A DNA stretch of 64,000 nt from Chlamydiales bacterium (GTDB lineage Bacteria > Chlamydiota > Chlamydiia > Chlamydiales > JAAZZY01): positions 192,001 to 256,000 of the forward strand of contig CBDBKM010000010.1 in assembly GCA_965206695.1 (NCBI GenBank), written 5' to 3'. The stretch's first letter is position 1. The number at the start of each line of letters is the position of its first letter. A program made the position numbers and the translations under genes. Below, piece after piece: positions 42,343-53,222 of the stretch. Under the pieces are notes generated by a model. That model saw only the letters and a list, made by a program, of their open reading frames with translations, was not told where the DNA came from and searched no databases.

Positions 42343-44262
42343 TTAATTAGTTTTTTTATTTAAAAAAGGAGTCAATTTTTTGAATTCTTTATTGGCAACA
42401 CGAATGCCCTTGGCGCTGACCCCCTTGATCATGACGTCATCAAAGTTGAAGGTCAGTTTTTTTAGCTTTTGCTTGGCTCTCGATTTGAAATGAATAATTA
42501 CGGTGGGTTCTTTTTCAGAAGAGAAGAATTCAAGCAACATGTCGGGCTCAATAAAATGATAGACTTTATCAAGGATGAATTTTTTAATGATGAATCGTTT
42601 AGCGTAAGGATAGTTAGTGACCGGATCTCGATAAATCACTGTATGAACGGTTTCTTTATCGGCAACAATGACTTCTATTAACTTGTCTTGCTTTGCTAAA
42701 ACATATTCTTTTTCAGGTGGATTAATCACTTTATAGGATCCACTTTCAAAAAATAATAAAATTTTATCCAAGTTAGAACAGGTTATGCCGGTTGGATCAG
42801 CAACTTTTGAACCTACAAATCCTTTTTTATAATCTATGCCTATTTTTATGTCTCGTTTGGAAACAGTTTTTAAATCGATCTGTTCAATTGAGGTAATTTG
42901 AGTGTTTCGAGGAAATAAAAAACCATATTTCTTCAGAAGATCTTTAAGGTATTTGACGGTAAAACGGGTTAGATTAGAAAGATTCTTATGGATTTGAGAA
43001 AGCTTATCTTCATATTGGGCAATTTCTTTTTGATTACGCTCTAAGTCAAAACGAGAAATTCGTCTGATAGGAATATTCAGTAGCTTTTCACGATCTTCAT
43101 AAATAGGGATATGTCCTTTAAGAAGTTTATGAAAAGGTTGAAGGCTTTTTTCTATAGTAGCATGGATTTTCTCATAGGAATTAATTTCCTCAAGTTTTTT
43201 ATAAAGTCGGTTTTCAATGAAAATTTGCTCAAGGGTTTGAGCGAAGATTTTTTGTTCGAATCGTTTTCTTTCAATTTCTAATTCTTGCTGTAAGCTGGCT
43301 TTTAGAAAGGAGGAATGTTCATGTAATACATCATGAGTATTTGTCTCCCATGGGAGATTATCTTTAATCGCTATAATTTGTGAATTAATAGAGACTTCAC
43401 ACTCAGTAAAAGCATAAAGCGAATCAAAGAGATCAGCTGCATATTGTCCTCTTGGCAGTTTAATTTCTATTTGCACTTTATCGGTTGTATAGTCATTAAT
43501 GGATTCAATTTTGATTTTTCCTTTTTTAGCGGCGTCATCGATTGAATTCATTAGAGACTCGGCCGTTGTTCCATAACATATTTCGGAAATAACAATGGTT
43601 TTGGAATCGATAATATTTAACTTGGCTCGTAATTTAATCTTACCTTGACCTTTGTCATATTGAGATATATCAATAATACCACCGGTAGGAAAGTCGGGAA
43701 AAATTTCAAATTTATTTTTCTGCAAAATCGCAATTTCAGCTTCTAGAAGTTCTACAAAATTATGAGGTAGAATTTTAGTCGCCATTCCAACAGCTATTCC
43801 CTCCGCACCCTGTAAAAGTAAAAGAGGTATTTTTGCCGGTAATCTTAAAGGTTCTTTTTTACGCGAATCATATGAAAGGATATAAGAGGTAATATCCGGA
43901 TTAAAAATCGTTTCTTTTGCTAAAGAAGATAGTTTGGTTTCAATATACCTGGCAGCAGCAGCGGGATCTCCTGTATAAATGTTACCAAAGTTTCCTTGCA
44001 TTTCTAAAAGATAGCCTTTATTGGCTATGTTAATCAATGCATCTCCAATGGGAGCATCTCCATGAGGATGATAAGCCATTGTTTGTCCGACAACATTAGC
44101 AACTTTATGTAATTTACCATCATCCATGGTAAAGAGAGTGTGCAAAATTCTTCTCTGAACAGGTTTTAAACCATCAATTGCATCAGGGATAGCCCGATCT
44201 AAAATGACATAGGAGGCATACTGTATATAATTTTTACGCATTAACTGCTTAAGATCATCCAT
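42343..44262 (-). CDS. parC: DNA topoisomerase IV subunit A (short form)
   Basis: DGLKPVQRRIL, YHPHGD and AAARYIE motifs. Confidence 0.9.
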   Translation of the reverse strand: MDDLKQLMRKNYIQYASYVILDRAIPDAIDGLKPVQRRILHTLFTMDDGKLHKVANVVGQTMAYHPHGDAPIGDALINIANKGYLLEMQGNFGNIYTGDPAAAARYIETKLSSLAKETIFNPDITSYILSYDSRKKEPLRLPAKIPLLLLQGAEGIAVGMATKILPHNFVELLEAEIAILQKNKFEIFPDFPTGGIIDISQYDKGQGKIKLRAKLNIIDSKTIVISEICYGTTAESLMNSIDDAAKKGKIKIESINDYTTDKVQIEIKLPRGQYAADLFDSLYAFTECEVSINSQIIAIKDNLPWETNTHDVLHEHSSFLKASLQQELEIERKRFEQKIFAQTLEQIFIENRLYKKLEEINSYEKIHATIEKSLQPFHKLLKGHIPIYEDREKLLNIPIRRISRFDLERNQKEIAQYEDKLSQIHKNLSNLTRFTVKYLKDLLKKYGFLFPRNTQITSIEQIDLKTVSKRDIKIGIDYKKGFVGSKVADPTGITCSNLDKILLFFESGSYKVINPPEKEYVLAKQDKLIEVIVADKETVHTVIYRDPVTNYPYAKRFIIKKFILDKVYHFIEPDMLLEFFSSEKEPTVIIHFKSRAKQKLKKLTFNFDDVMIKGVSAKGIRVANKEFKKLTPFLNKKTN

Positions 44263-44264
44263 GT

Positions 44265-46127
44265 TTAGCTTTCCTCACTAGGTTCTTTAGCAGTACAAGG
44301 TTCGAGGTCTTTTAACAATGCTTCTTCATTAATAAGATTTTGCATAATAAATTGTTTTCTATCAGGGGTATTTTTCCCCATGTAAAATTCAATGGTAGGT
44401 TTGATGTCGGAGAACTGATTAACGGTTACAGGAGTTAAGTGCATTTCATCTCCTATAAATTGCTTGAATTCATTGGGCGAAATTTCCCCTAATCCTTTAA
44501 ACCTAGTGATTTCAATATTTTTACCTTTAAGTTTTTTGATAGCTTTATCTCTTTCATTTTCAGAGTAGCAATAGAGAGTAGCGTCTTTATTTCTAACTTT
44601 AAAAATAGGCGTTTCTAAAATATAGATATGATTATTAAGAACTAAGCCTTCAAAGTATGTAAGAAAAAATGTAATTAATAAGTTGCGGATATGTAGCCCA
44701 TCCACATCAGCATCAGTAGCTAAAATGATTTTATTATATCTTAAATTAGCCAGATCTTCTTCCACATTTAATGCGTTCATAAGATTGAACATTTCTTTAT
44801 TTTTATACAGCTGATCTCGTTTTAAACCGTGAACGTTTAACGGCTTTCCTCTTAAGGAAAAGACTGCTTGAGTGAATGGATCTCGAGAAGCCACAATAGA
44901 AGCACTGGCAGAATCTCCTTCTGTGAGAAAGATCATAGACTTTTCACTTTTTTCATTTTGATCTGAATAGTGATACTTACAGTCTCGCAGCTTCGGAATT
45001 TTAAAAGAGATCTTCTTTTGTTTTTCCTTGGCAACCTTTTTTACAGAAGCTAATTCTTTACGTAGCTTTTCATTAAAAGCGGTTCGTTCGATAATTTTTT
45101 TAGCGCTATCTTCATTTTTATATAATAGCTCAGCTACTGCATCTCTAATCTCTTGAACAAGAGGGGCTCGTATTTCGGTGTTACCGAGCTTGTTTTTAGT
45201 TTGAGATTCAAAGATAGGGTCTTTGATACGAATTAAAATGGCAGATACAATACCTTCTCGGACATCGATACCCTGAAAATTTTTTTTGGCATAAGCATTA
45301 ACCCCTTTTAAGACTCCTTCTCGAAAAGCGGATAAATGGGTGCCTCCATCAGCCGTATATTGTCCATTGACAAAGGCAAAATGACTTTCTCCATAACTTT
45401 GAGTATGTAGAAAAGCAAATTCAAGTGTCTTACTCCTATAATGAAGAGGTTTATAGAGTTGATCATCGTGTACCTCATTATTAAGTAAATCTAAAAGACC
45501 GTGTTCAGAATAGATTTCTTGTTTATTAAAATAAAGCTTTAGGCCTTGGTTTAAATAGGCATAATTCCAAAGACGTTTTAAAATAAACTCTTCTTGATAA
45601 TTATATTTTTTGAAGATCTCTGCATCCGGAATAAACTCGGCATATGTGCCATCTTTTTCCTTGCTTTTGCCCTTCTTTTTTTTGAGAAGCTTGCCTTGAG
45701 AAAAACCGGCTTCGACAAAGTTTCCATCTCGAAAACTTCTGACAAGAAAGTGAGAAGAGAGAGCGTTAACAGCTTTCGTACCAACGCCATTAAGGCCGAC
45801 TGAAAATTGAAAAACGTCATCGTTATATTTAGCACCGGTATTAATTTGGCTGATACATTCGATGAGCTTTCCTAAAGGGATTCCTCTACCAAAATCACGG
45901 ATAGAAATTTGCTTTGACTTACGATCATAATAGATTTGGATTTTCTTACCCTTCCCCATGATAAATTCGTCGATACTGTTATCAATGATTTCTTTTAAAA
46001 GGATATAAATACCATCTTCCGGATGAGAGCCGTCCCCTAAGCGTCCAATATACATTCCTGTACGCAAGCGTATATGAGAAAGGGCATCTAAAGTTTGGAT
46101 TGCTTCTTCGTCGTAATTTTTGGCCAT
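44265..46127 (-). CDS. parE: DNA topoisomerase IV subunit B
   Basis: EIIDNSIDE, GRGIP, TEGDSA, TDADVDG and RFKGLGE motifs. Confidence 0.9.
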   Translation of the reverse strand: MAKNYDEEAIQTLDALSHIRLRTGMYIGRLGDGSHPEDGIYILLKEIIDNSIDEFIMGKGKKIQIYYDRKSKQISIRDFGRGIPLGKLIECISQINTGAKYNDDVFQFSVGLNGVGTKAVNALSSHFLVRSFRDGNFVEAGFSQGKLLKKKKGKSKEKDGTYAEFIPDAEIFKKYNYQEEFILKRLWNYAYLNQGLKLYFNKQEIYSEHGLLDLLNNEVHDDQLYKPLHYRSKTLEFAFLHTQSYGESHFAFVNGQYTADGGTHLSAFREGVLKGVNAYAKKNFQGIDVREGIVSAILIRIKDPIFESQTKNKLGNTEIRAPLVQEIRDAVAELLYKNEDSAKKIIERTAFNEKLRKELASVKKVAKEKQKKISFKIPKLRDCKYHYSDQNEKSEKSMIFLTEGDSASASIVASRDPFTQAVFSLRGKPLNVHGLKRDQLYKNKEMFNLMNALNVEEDLANLRYNKIILATDADVDGLHIRNLLITFFLTYFEGLVLNNHIYILETPIFKVRNKDATLYCYSENERDKAIKKLKGKNIEITRFKGLGEISPNEFKQFIGDEMHLTPVTVNQFSDIKPTIEFYMGKNTPDRKQFIMQNLINEEALLKDLEPCTAKEPSEES

Positions 46128-46218
46128 ACCTTGCAAGATAAATTGAAATGATACATTCTATTAAGTTTCATTTTGGATCAAAGACAGGTTTTTTGCAACT
46201 CAACTTTAGGCTTTACAA

Positions 46219-47262
46219 TTGAACCCGACACAAAATAACAATAAAGATAAAAGTAATTTTTTTAATAACAGTATTATTTTAATTACCGGAGGCACAGGAA
46301 GTTTTGGTAGAGCTATTACAAAAAAAATTTTAAAAAACTATCAGCCTCGTAAAGTTATTATTTTTAGTCGCGATGAATGCAAGCAATGGGAGATGCGAAC
46401 ATCTGACCCTATCTTTGATCATGATTGTATTCGTTATTTTTTAGGAGATGTTCGTGATAAAGAGCGTTTATTACGAAGTTTCCGTGGGGTGGATTATGTT
46501 GTGCATGCTGCGGCACTTAAACAGGTCCCGGCTGCAGAATATAACCCTTCCGAGTTTGTTAAAACCAATATCAATGGAGCTATGAATGTTATTGAGGCTT
46601 CTATTGATAGCTCTGTAAAAAAAGTTATTACTCTGTCTACTGATAAAGCTGTGGCTCCTGTTAATCTTTATGGAGCTACGAAATTATGTTCGGATAAGCT
46701 TTTTGTTGCCGGTAGTGCTTATGTAGGAGATCAAGAAAATCCGAAATTCGGTGTCGTACGATATGGAAATGTACTGGCTTCCAGAGGCAGTATTATTCAA
46801 TATTGGCAAAATCTTTTAAGAGAAGGGAACTTATCTCTGCCGGTTACAGACTTACGAATGACGCGCTTTTGGATATCAATAGATCAAGCTGTTGATTTTG
46901 TCCTCAAAGCATTTATGGAATTAGTCGGAGGTGAAATCTTTATTCCAAAGATTCCAAGTATGAAAATTGTAGATTTGGCAAAAGCTATTGCACCCAATGC
47001 AGAGGTGAATGTTTGTGGCATTCGAGAGGGAGAAAAGTTACATGAATCTTTAATTAATAATGAAGATGCAAGGTCTTCTTTTGAATTCCCAAGCCATTAT
47101 ATTATTTCTCCTCAATTAGTTACTAAAGGACGTTTATTCCGACCTAATATCTTTAAAGAAATGGGAGGCGTACTTGTAGATGAACACTTTTCCTATGCTT
47201 CAAATACGAATTCGCAGTGGTTAACTTCTAAAGAACTTATGCATCTATTTTCTAAAGAATAG
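46219..47262 (+). CDS. pseB: UDP-N-acetylglucosamine 4,6-dehydratase (inverting), PseB/FlaA1 type
   Basis: TGGTGSFG, HAAALKQVPAAEYNP, LSTDKA..P.NLYGATKL and VRYGNV.ASRGS motifs. Confidence 0.9.
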   Translation: MNPTQNNNKDKSNFFNNSIILITGGTGSFGRAITKKILKNYQPRKVIIFSRDECKQWEMRTSDPIFDHDCIRYFLGDVRDKERLLRSFRGVDYVVHAAALKQVPAAEYNPSEFVKTNINGAMNVIEASIDSSVKKVITLSTDKAVAPVNLYGATKLCSDKLFVAGSAYVGDQENPKFGVVRYGNVLASRGSIIQYWQNLLREGNLSLPVTDLRMTRFWISIDQAVDFVLKAFMELVGGEIFIPKIPSMKIVDLAKAIAPNAEVNVCGIREGEKLHESLINNEDARSSFEFPSHYIISPQLVTKGRLFRPNIFKEMGGVLVDEHFSYASNTNSQWLTSKELMHLFSKE

Positions 47263-47340
47263 ACATTATAAGACAAATCATTGGTATTTCATTGGCAAGA
47301 AATTGTCATATATTTATAAATTTGTTTTTTAGAATCTTAG

Positions 47341-48378
47341 GTGAGATTTCTTGTCATGCAGGTTGGTCTTTTAGGTTTTAACCACGAATATGCATCTCTA
47401 GATTTACGTGAAAGAGTGTCAAATATCTGTCAGAGATATTTTTTGCGGACATCTGTTTATCAAGACCATTTTTCTTTTGTTTTACTAGCCACTTGTAATC
47501 GAATCGAAATTTACTTTAGTTCATCCAAATTAGCATCAGCTCAAGATACTTTAAATGAGATTCTTATAAGAGAGCTGGATATGAACTTGGATCTTACACT
47601 CTACTCCAAGCATGGAGAGGAATGTTTCAAGCATCTGTCTAGGGTAACAGCAGGGCTAGATAGTGCTATTGTAGCGGAGACTGAAATTCAAGGGCAGGTC
47701 AAACGGGCATATCTTGATGCTTGCTCAAATGGCGGCGTCTGTAAAGAATTACATTTTATCTTTCAAAAGAGCTTACGTATCGGTAAAAAGGTTCGTGCTG
47801 AATTGGGATTCTTTCCTAAAATGCCAACTTTAGAAAAAATCTTGTATACGACTAGTCACGATATCTTAAAGAATCTAGCCTCTTCGAGGGTTTTATTTAT
47901 TGGATCTTCATCCATCAATCGGCAGATTATTCGATATTTTAAAGGTAAGCATATCAATAATATCACGCTTATTAGCCAATCTTTAGAACGGGCTAATGTA
48001 GTCTCCAAAGAGTTTGGTATCATCGCAAAAGATTGGCATTCATTATCGGAATGGTATGAATATGATCTTATTATTTTAGGAACAAAGTATCACTATTTTT
48101 TAATCGATGATAGTTTCCGGGAGATGACAGTTAAGAAGACGAAACTCGTTATTGACCTAAGCGTGCCTAGAAACGTTGACCCCATTATAGAGCGCATACC
48201 AAAACTTACCTTGTTTAATATCGATCAATTGAACGAAATGATTAAAAAGATTCGTCATATTACCTTACAAGAAGTCAAGCATATTGAAATGTTAATTAAT
48301 GAAAATGTCAAAAGGCAAAAGCTCATTTTTCAAGAAAAAGAAAAGGTCTTCCAAGATAAATGGATGCTAAAGCCATGA
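47341..48378 (+). CDS. hemA: Glutamyl-tRNA reductase
   Basis: ATCNRIEIY, GLDS...ETEIQGQVK and IDLSVPRNVD motifs. Confidence 0.92.
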   Translation: MRFLVMQVGLLGFNHEYASLDLRERVSNICQRYFLRTSVYQDHFSFVLLATCNRIEIYFSSSKLASAQDTLNEILIRELDMNLDLTLYSKHGEECFKHLSRVTAGLDSAIVAETEIQGQVKRAYLDACSNGGVCKELHFIFQKSLRIGKKVRAELGFFPKMPTLEKILYTTSHDILKNLASSRVLFIGSSSINRQIIRYFKGKHINNITLISQSLERANVVSKEFGIIAKDWHSLSEWYEYDLIILGTKYHYFLIDDSFREMTVKKTKLVIDLSVPRNVDPIIERIPKLTLFNIDQLNEMIKKIRHITLQEVKHIEMLINENVKRQKLIFQEKEKVFQDKWMLKP

Positions 48379-49562
48379 AAAAGTTCCTTTTTTTTCTCCT
48401 TTCTCTTGCTTTGCTTACCCTTTTATTACAGCCATTTCTTTATTCTGATGTTGAAGACGAAGAGCATGCAGTTATATTAGTTCCTGTGGATGAAGTAATA
48501 GAACAGAATTATCGCGCTTTTGGAGAGAAGGTTCGTATCCAAGGGAAAGTAAAGGGGAATGTTTATGTTGCATCTCAGTATTTACTAATTGATGGAACGG
48601 TAGACGGGAATGTATACGCAGCTTCAGTTAATATAGAAATATCCGGTCATGTATCAGGGAGTGTACATTTGATTTCGGCTCAAGTTATTATTAGTGGTTC
48701 AATTGACAAAAATATTACCGTTTGTACCGGTGATTTGGAGGTGAGCCCCTATACTGTCATTATGGGAAATATTAGAGCCGCAGCAGCAAATATACGCTTT
48801 GATGGGTTTTTGAAGAAGAATTTTACTGTTCTTTCCGGATATTTTACACTGACGGGACATATCGATGGAAATGTGCATGCAGCAGTAGGCAAAATAAGGT
48901 TGTTAAAAGATGCTTTTATTGAAGGTTCATTGGATTATTGGAGCCGGCAAAAAATTTCCATGCAAAAGGGATCTGTTATTAAGGGAAAGGTAACTCCAAT
49001 GAGAGGACCTCTTTCTTTAATGAGTTATAGCAAAAAAACTTTTAGAAGATTTATGAAGCCCTATATTTTCACTAAAATAGCCAGCTTTATTTCTCTTTTA
49101 GTCATAGGCTTATTCTTTATTCATCAAAGTCCTCAAAATCTGTATAAGGCTACCGAGATACTGAAAGAGTACCCAATAAAAACATTATGGACCGGAATAA
49201 TATTGGTGATTTTAATACCGATTATTATTCTATTTCTGTTGATTACCTTAGTTGGTATTCCTCTGGCCTTTAACTTGATCGCCCTTTACCTCATTCAAAT
49301 TTACATAATCAAAATATTTACAATTTTCCCTATCGGAATACTTGTTTTTAAAAGAATGTGGAAAAAGTTAGCTGTTGGCTGGGCTTATTCTTTCGCTCTT
49401 TTGTGTTATTTTTTGATTACATTAATTCCCATAGTAGGGGTCATTGTTATCTTCCTATCACTCTTTTGGGGCTTCGGGAGCGCTTATCTTGTTCGAAGGA
49501 GATTTAAAGCCATTATCAAACAAAACGTAACTTGTAATTGGGATAATTTATTTTCCAATTAA
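48375..49562 (+). CDS. Membrane protein with bactofilin-like beta-helical repeats and several TM helices
   Basis: Signal peptide, repeated I-x-G-x-V-x-G-N units, hydrophobic C-terminal half. Confidence 0.7.
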   Translation: MKKFLFFLLSLALLTLLLQPFLYSDVEDEEHAVILVPVDEVIEQNYRAFGEKVRIQGKVKGNVYVASQYLLIDGTVDGNVYAASVNIEISGHVSGSVHLISAQVIISGSIDKNITVCTGDLEVSPYTVIMGNIRAAAANIRFDGFLKKNFTVLSGYFTLTGHIDGNVHAAVGKIRLLKDAFIEGSLDYWSRQKISMQKGSVIKGKVTPMRGPLSLMSYSKKTFRRFMKPYIFTKIASFISLLVIGLFFIHQSPQNLYKATEILKEYPIKTLWTGIILVILIPIIILFLLITLVGIPLAFNLIALYLIQIYIIKIFTIFPIGILVFKRMWKKLAVGWAYSFALLCYFLITLIPIVGVIVIFLSLFWGFGSAYLVRRRFKAIIKQNVTCNWDNLFSN

Positions 49563-50980
49563 AAGTCGGCATGTCCGGGTGTTCGTGGGAAAGGTATAAC
49601 ATCTTTCATATTTTCCATTCCGGTTACAAACTGCAACAGTCTTTCAAAACCTAAGCCAAAACCTGCATGAGGAACGGAACCATATTTTCTTAATTCCAAG
49701 TACCACCAGTAAGCTTCTTTATCGAGGTCCATTTCTCGGAATTTATTTTTTAAAATATCATACCGCTCTTCTCTTTGGCCACCACCGATAATTTCTCCAA
49801 TTTGAGAGAATAAAACATCCATTGCAGCGACGGTTAGTCCATCGTCATTATCTCTCATATAGAAAGCTTTGATGTCTCTTGGATAATTTTTTACAAGAAC
49901 AGGACATTTAAAATGCTCTTCGGTAAGGTAACGTTCATGTTCAGATTGCAAATCGAGTCCCCATTTAACAGGGTATTCAAATTTCTTATTTGCCTTTAAA
50001 AGAATATCAACTGCATCTGTGTAGGTAATTCTTTCGAAGGGATTTTTAATGGTACCTTCTAGTCTTTGAATCAAACCTTTACTAACAAATTTATCGAAGA
50101 AAGGTATTTCTTCTGTGCAGTTGTCTAACACTTTTCGAATAACAAATTTTAAATAGCTCTCAGCTAAGTCCATATCATCATTAAGATCAGCAAAGGCAAT
50201 CTCAGGTTCTAACATCCAAAATTCGGCTAAATGACGAGACGTATTGGAGTTTTCTGCTCGAAAGGTTGGGCCAAAGGTATATACATCTGAGAGGGCACAA
50301 GCAAAAGATTCAACATTTAACTGCCCTGAAACAGTAAGATAAGCCGGTTTTCCAAAAAAATCTTTTGAGTAATCTAAATCACCGTTTGGATTAAGAGGCA
50401 GGTTGTCCTTATTGAAACTTGTAACATGAAATAGTTCACCTGCTCCTTCACAGTCAGCTGACGTAATGATAGGTGTATGTATATATAAAAATTCACGATC
50501 TTGAAAAAATTGGTGTGATGCCATAATCAATTCATTTCGGACTCTTGCAATGGCTCCGAAGGTATTGGTTCTGGGCCTAAGGTGTGCAATCGTACGTAAA
50601 TATTCAAACGAATGTCTTTTCTTTTGAAGAACATAACTATTCGCATCACATGGGCCAATTATTTCTACCTTTGATACATGGATTTCGATTTTTTGTTCTT
50701 TTCCGGGGCTTTCAGCTGTAGCACCTGTGATCGATAAAGCGGCTCCTGTTGAAATGGAGGGAATAATATTAGTATAATCAGGAAGATTATTTGGAACGAT
50801 GATTTGTAGATTGCTTAATGTAGAGCCGTCGTTCATTTCAATAAATGAAAAGTCTTTTTGCTGACGTATTGTTCTGACCCAACCTTTTAATGTTATAACT
50901 TCTCCTATTTGAGAAGCTTTGCTTCCAAAAAGAATCTCTTTTATTTTCAAACGCATAGCGTTAGTCCTATTGATTAACAT
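49559..50980 (-). CDS. asnS: Asparagine-tRNA ligase
   Basis: LTVSGQL, FRAENSNTSRHLAEFWM and PHAGFGLGFER motifs. Confidence 0.96.
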   Translation of the reverse strand: MLINRTNAMRLKIKEILFGSKASQIGEVITLKGWVRTIRQQKDFSFIEMNDGSTLSNLQIIVPNNLPDYTNIIPSISTGAALSITGATAESPGKEQKIEIHVSKVEIIGPCDANSYVLQKKRHSFEYLRTIAHLRPRTNTFGAIARVRNELIMASHQFFQDREFLYIHTPIITSADCEGAGELFHVTSFNKDNLPLNPNGDLDYSKDFFGKPAYLTVSGQLNVESFACALSDVYTFGPTFRAENSNTSRHLAEFWMLEPEIAFADLNDDMDLAESYLKFVIRKVLDNCTEEIPFFDKFVSKGLIQRLEGTIKNPFERITYTDAVDILLKANKKFEYPVKWGLDLQSEHERYLTEEHFKCPVLVKNYPRDIKAFYMRDNDDGLTVAAMDVLFSQIGEIIGGGQREERYDILKNKFREMDLDKEAYWWYLELRKYGSVPHAGFGLGFERLLQFVTGMENMKDVIPFPRTPGHADF

Positions 50981-51884
50981 ATTTTTTCCTTTTAATGAAA
51001 CTTTTTAGCATTTCAATTTCCTTTACCCATACAGGCAAGCCACCGGGTGTTTCTAAGTATTTTGGCAAGTCTTTTAATGCAGGATGATTCATCATTGCTA
51101 TGAATCCTTCTATTCCAATTTCTCCTTCTCCAATATGAGCATGGCGGTCGCGACGGCTGCCCAGTTCTTTCATCGAATCATTAACATGTAGAGCGTAAAG
51201 GTGTTTGATACCAATATGTTTTTCAAAATCATTAAGCGTTGTCTTCCAACTTTTCATATCTCGAATATCATAACCGGCAGCAAATATATGACAGGTGTCA
51301 ATGCATACTCCAATAGGGATACGATCTTTAACTCGATCAATAATATATCCCAATTCCTTGAATTTATAACCCATATTAGTTCCTTGGCCGGCTGTTGTTT
51401 CTAATAAGAGTCGTAATGAATGACCCTTTAATTGTTTTTCTGTTTCAAGCAAGCTTTCTGCAATACGATCTAAACAATCTTGAGGCTCTTCCTTTAAATA
51501 GGATCCCGGATGAAAATTTAAAAAGGTTAAATTTAATTGTAGGCAGCGCTCGATCTCTTCTGAAAAAGCCTGACGGCTTTTTAATAAACCTTTTTCATTA
51601 GGGGAGCCAAGATTAATTAAATAGCTATCATGAGACATGAGGTTTGTCATTCCGGTTTCTTCTAATGTTTTAAACCAAAGGTCGAGATCTTTTTGAGAAA
51701 AGGTTCTTCCTTTCCATTGTTTTTGATTGCTAGTAAAAATTTGAATGGTAGTGGCGCCAATGCTTGCCCCGTGTTCAAGGGCATGGTGGACACCACCGGC
51801 AATTGAGGTATGCGCCCCAATTAAAGGAGTTGTTTCTGACATATGAGACCTATCAAAGTATATAAATTGGGAATACTCTAGCAT
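50967..51884 (-). CDS. nfo: Endonuclease IV (likely start at 51842)
   Basis: HDSYLINL, HPGS, ETTAGQG, DTCH and DRH motifs. Confidence 0.95.
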   Translation of the reverse strand: MLEYSQFIYFDRSHMSETTPLIGAHTSIAGGVHHALEHGASIGATTIQIFTSNQKQWKGRTFSQKDLDLWFKTLEETGMTNLMSHDSYLINLGSPNEKGLLKSRQAFSEEIERCLQLNLTFLNFHPGSYLKEEPQDCLDRIAESLLETEKQLKGHSLRLLLETTAGQGTNMGYKFKELGYIIDRVKDRIPIGVCIDTCHIFAAGYDIRDMKSWKTTLNDFEKHIGIKHLYALHVNDSMKELGSRRDRHAHIGEGEIGIEGFIAMMNHPALKDLPKYLETPGGLPVWVKEIEMLKSFIKRKKYVNQ

Positions 51885-52005
51885 GATATGAAGATGTTGA
51901 CAATATTTGGTATAGTTAGGTCAGGGCTGTTCCATTAAAATTTTTTCTGTATTAAGATTGAGTCTAAAGTATGAATTCCCCAACCTGCTTTTTTTCTAAG
52001 CCCCC

Positions 52006-53137
52006 GCCTTTTCAATTATGAAGTGCAACAAATTCGTACATTATTATACTCCAAATTTCTTTGATTGAAAACCTCTATAGTGTTTTAATTTTTATTTGAT
52101 AATATGTTATCCTTCTTTTTTTATACAAACAGTAAGGACAAAACAATGCCTAGAGCCTATTCAGTAGATCTTCGAGAGAAAGTATGACAACATATAGAAA
52201 AACATCATGATAAAAAAACAGCCGGCCATATTTTTCAAGTAGGTATCGCAACAATATATCGATGGATCTTGCAAAAAAAGCAAAAAGGACATTTAAAGCC
52301 AATCCGCAGAAAATATGCTTATAAGAAATTAGATGATGAGTTGTTATCTAAATATGTAGAAAAACATCCGGATTATTTTTTATCGGAAATTGCTGATTAT
52401 TTTTCAGTCACTCCGCAAACGATTTTTTATGCCCTTAAAAGATTAAAAATTACACGAAAAAAAAAACTACTCGCTATAAGGAAAGAGATGAAAAGAAACG
52501 GGAAGCTTTTATGAAAGATTTAAAAAATATTCCCTTTGACAAGAGAATTTATCTCGATGAAACCGGGATTCATCAATTTTTATTTCGTGAGTCCGGAAGA
52601 AGCTTACGCGGCAAAAAAGTTTTTGGAGCGGTTTCAGGAAACCGCTTTATAAGGCAAAATATTATTTCAGCCCTATCTAAAGGGCAGTTTTTATCTCCAA
52701 TGTGTTTTGAAGGTACTTGTAATACCGGGTTATTCAATATTTGGCTTAAGGAAGTTTTGACTCCTCAGCTTACACCCGGTAGTGTTCTTATTCTTGACAA
52801 TGCCGGTTTTCACAAGTCAGCGGAAAGCAGGAAAACAGTAGACTCTGCCGGTTGTAAGCTTATGTTTCTTCCTCCCTATTCTCCGGACTTAAATCCTATA
52901 GAAAAATATTGGGCTAATATGAAAAATAAAGTTAGAGAGATATTACGAAAAGTTACGAATTTTAAATTCGCCATTGATCAAGCAATCTTATCAATGTAAA
53001 ATTAAATGACTATATAGGTGTTTTATAATTTAAACTTTTTCTTGGTCTATTATTTAATAAATTTTCTATAGAGAGTTTGTCGGCATTTGGCCATTTTCAA
53101 ATTCCTTCTATTTGTTGCACTTCGATGTTGAAAGGGC
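52006..53137 (-). mobile_element. IS30-derived MITE (~195 bp) carrying a nested IS630
   Basis: Inverted ends GCCTTTTCAATTATGAAGTGCAACAAAT / ATTTGTTGCACTTCGATGTTGAAAGGGC; interior reads NNRPRKSLNYKTPIEVF once IS630 is removed. Confidence 0.8.
52078..53012 (+). mobile_element. IS630-family element, second copy, with a nonsense mutation in orfA
   Basis: Near-identical to 9441-10375; TTA to TGA at 52185-52187; TA flanks. Confidence 0.92.
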
Positions 53138-53222
53138 GTAAAATTTATCAAAATAAATGAAAAATAAGTTTAGACAATCAGTGAGTTTTAAAAAATCTTA
53201 TCAAGTCAGTTATGCAGAGGTC

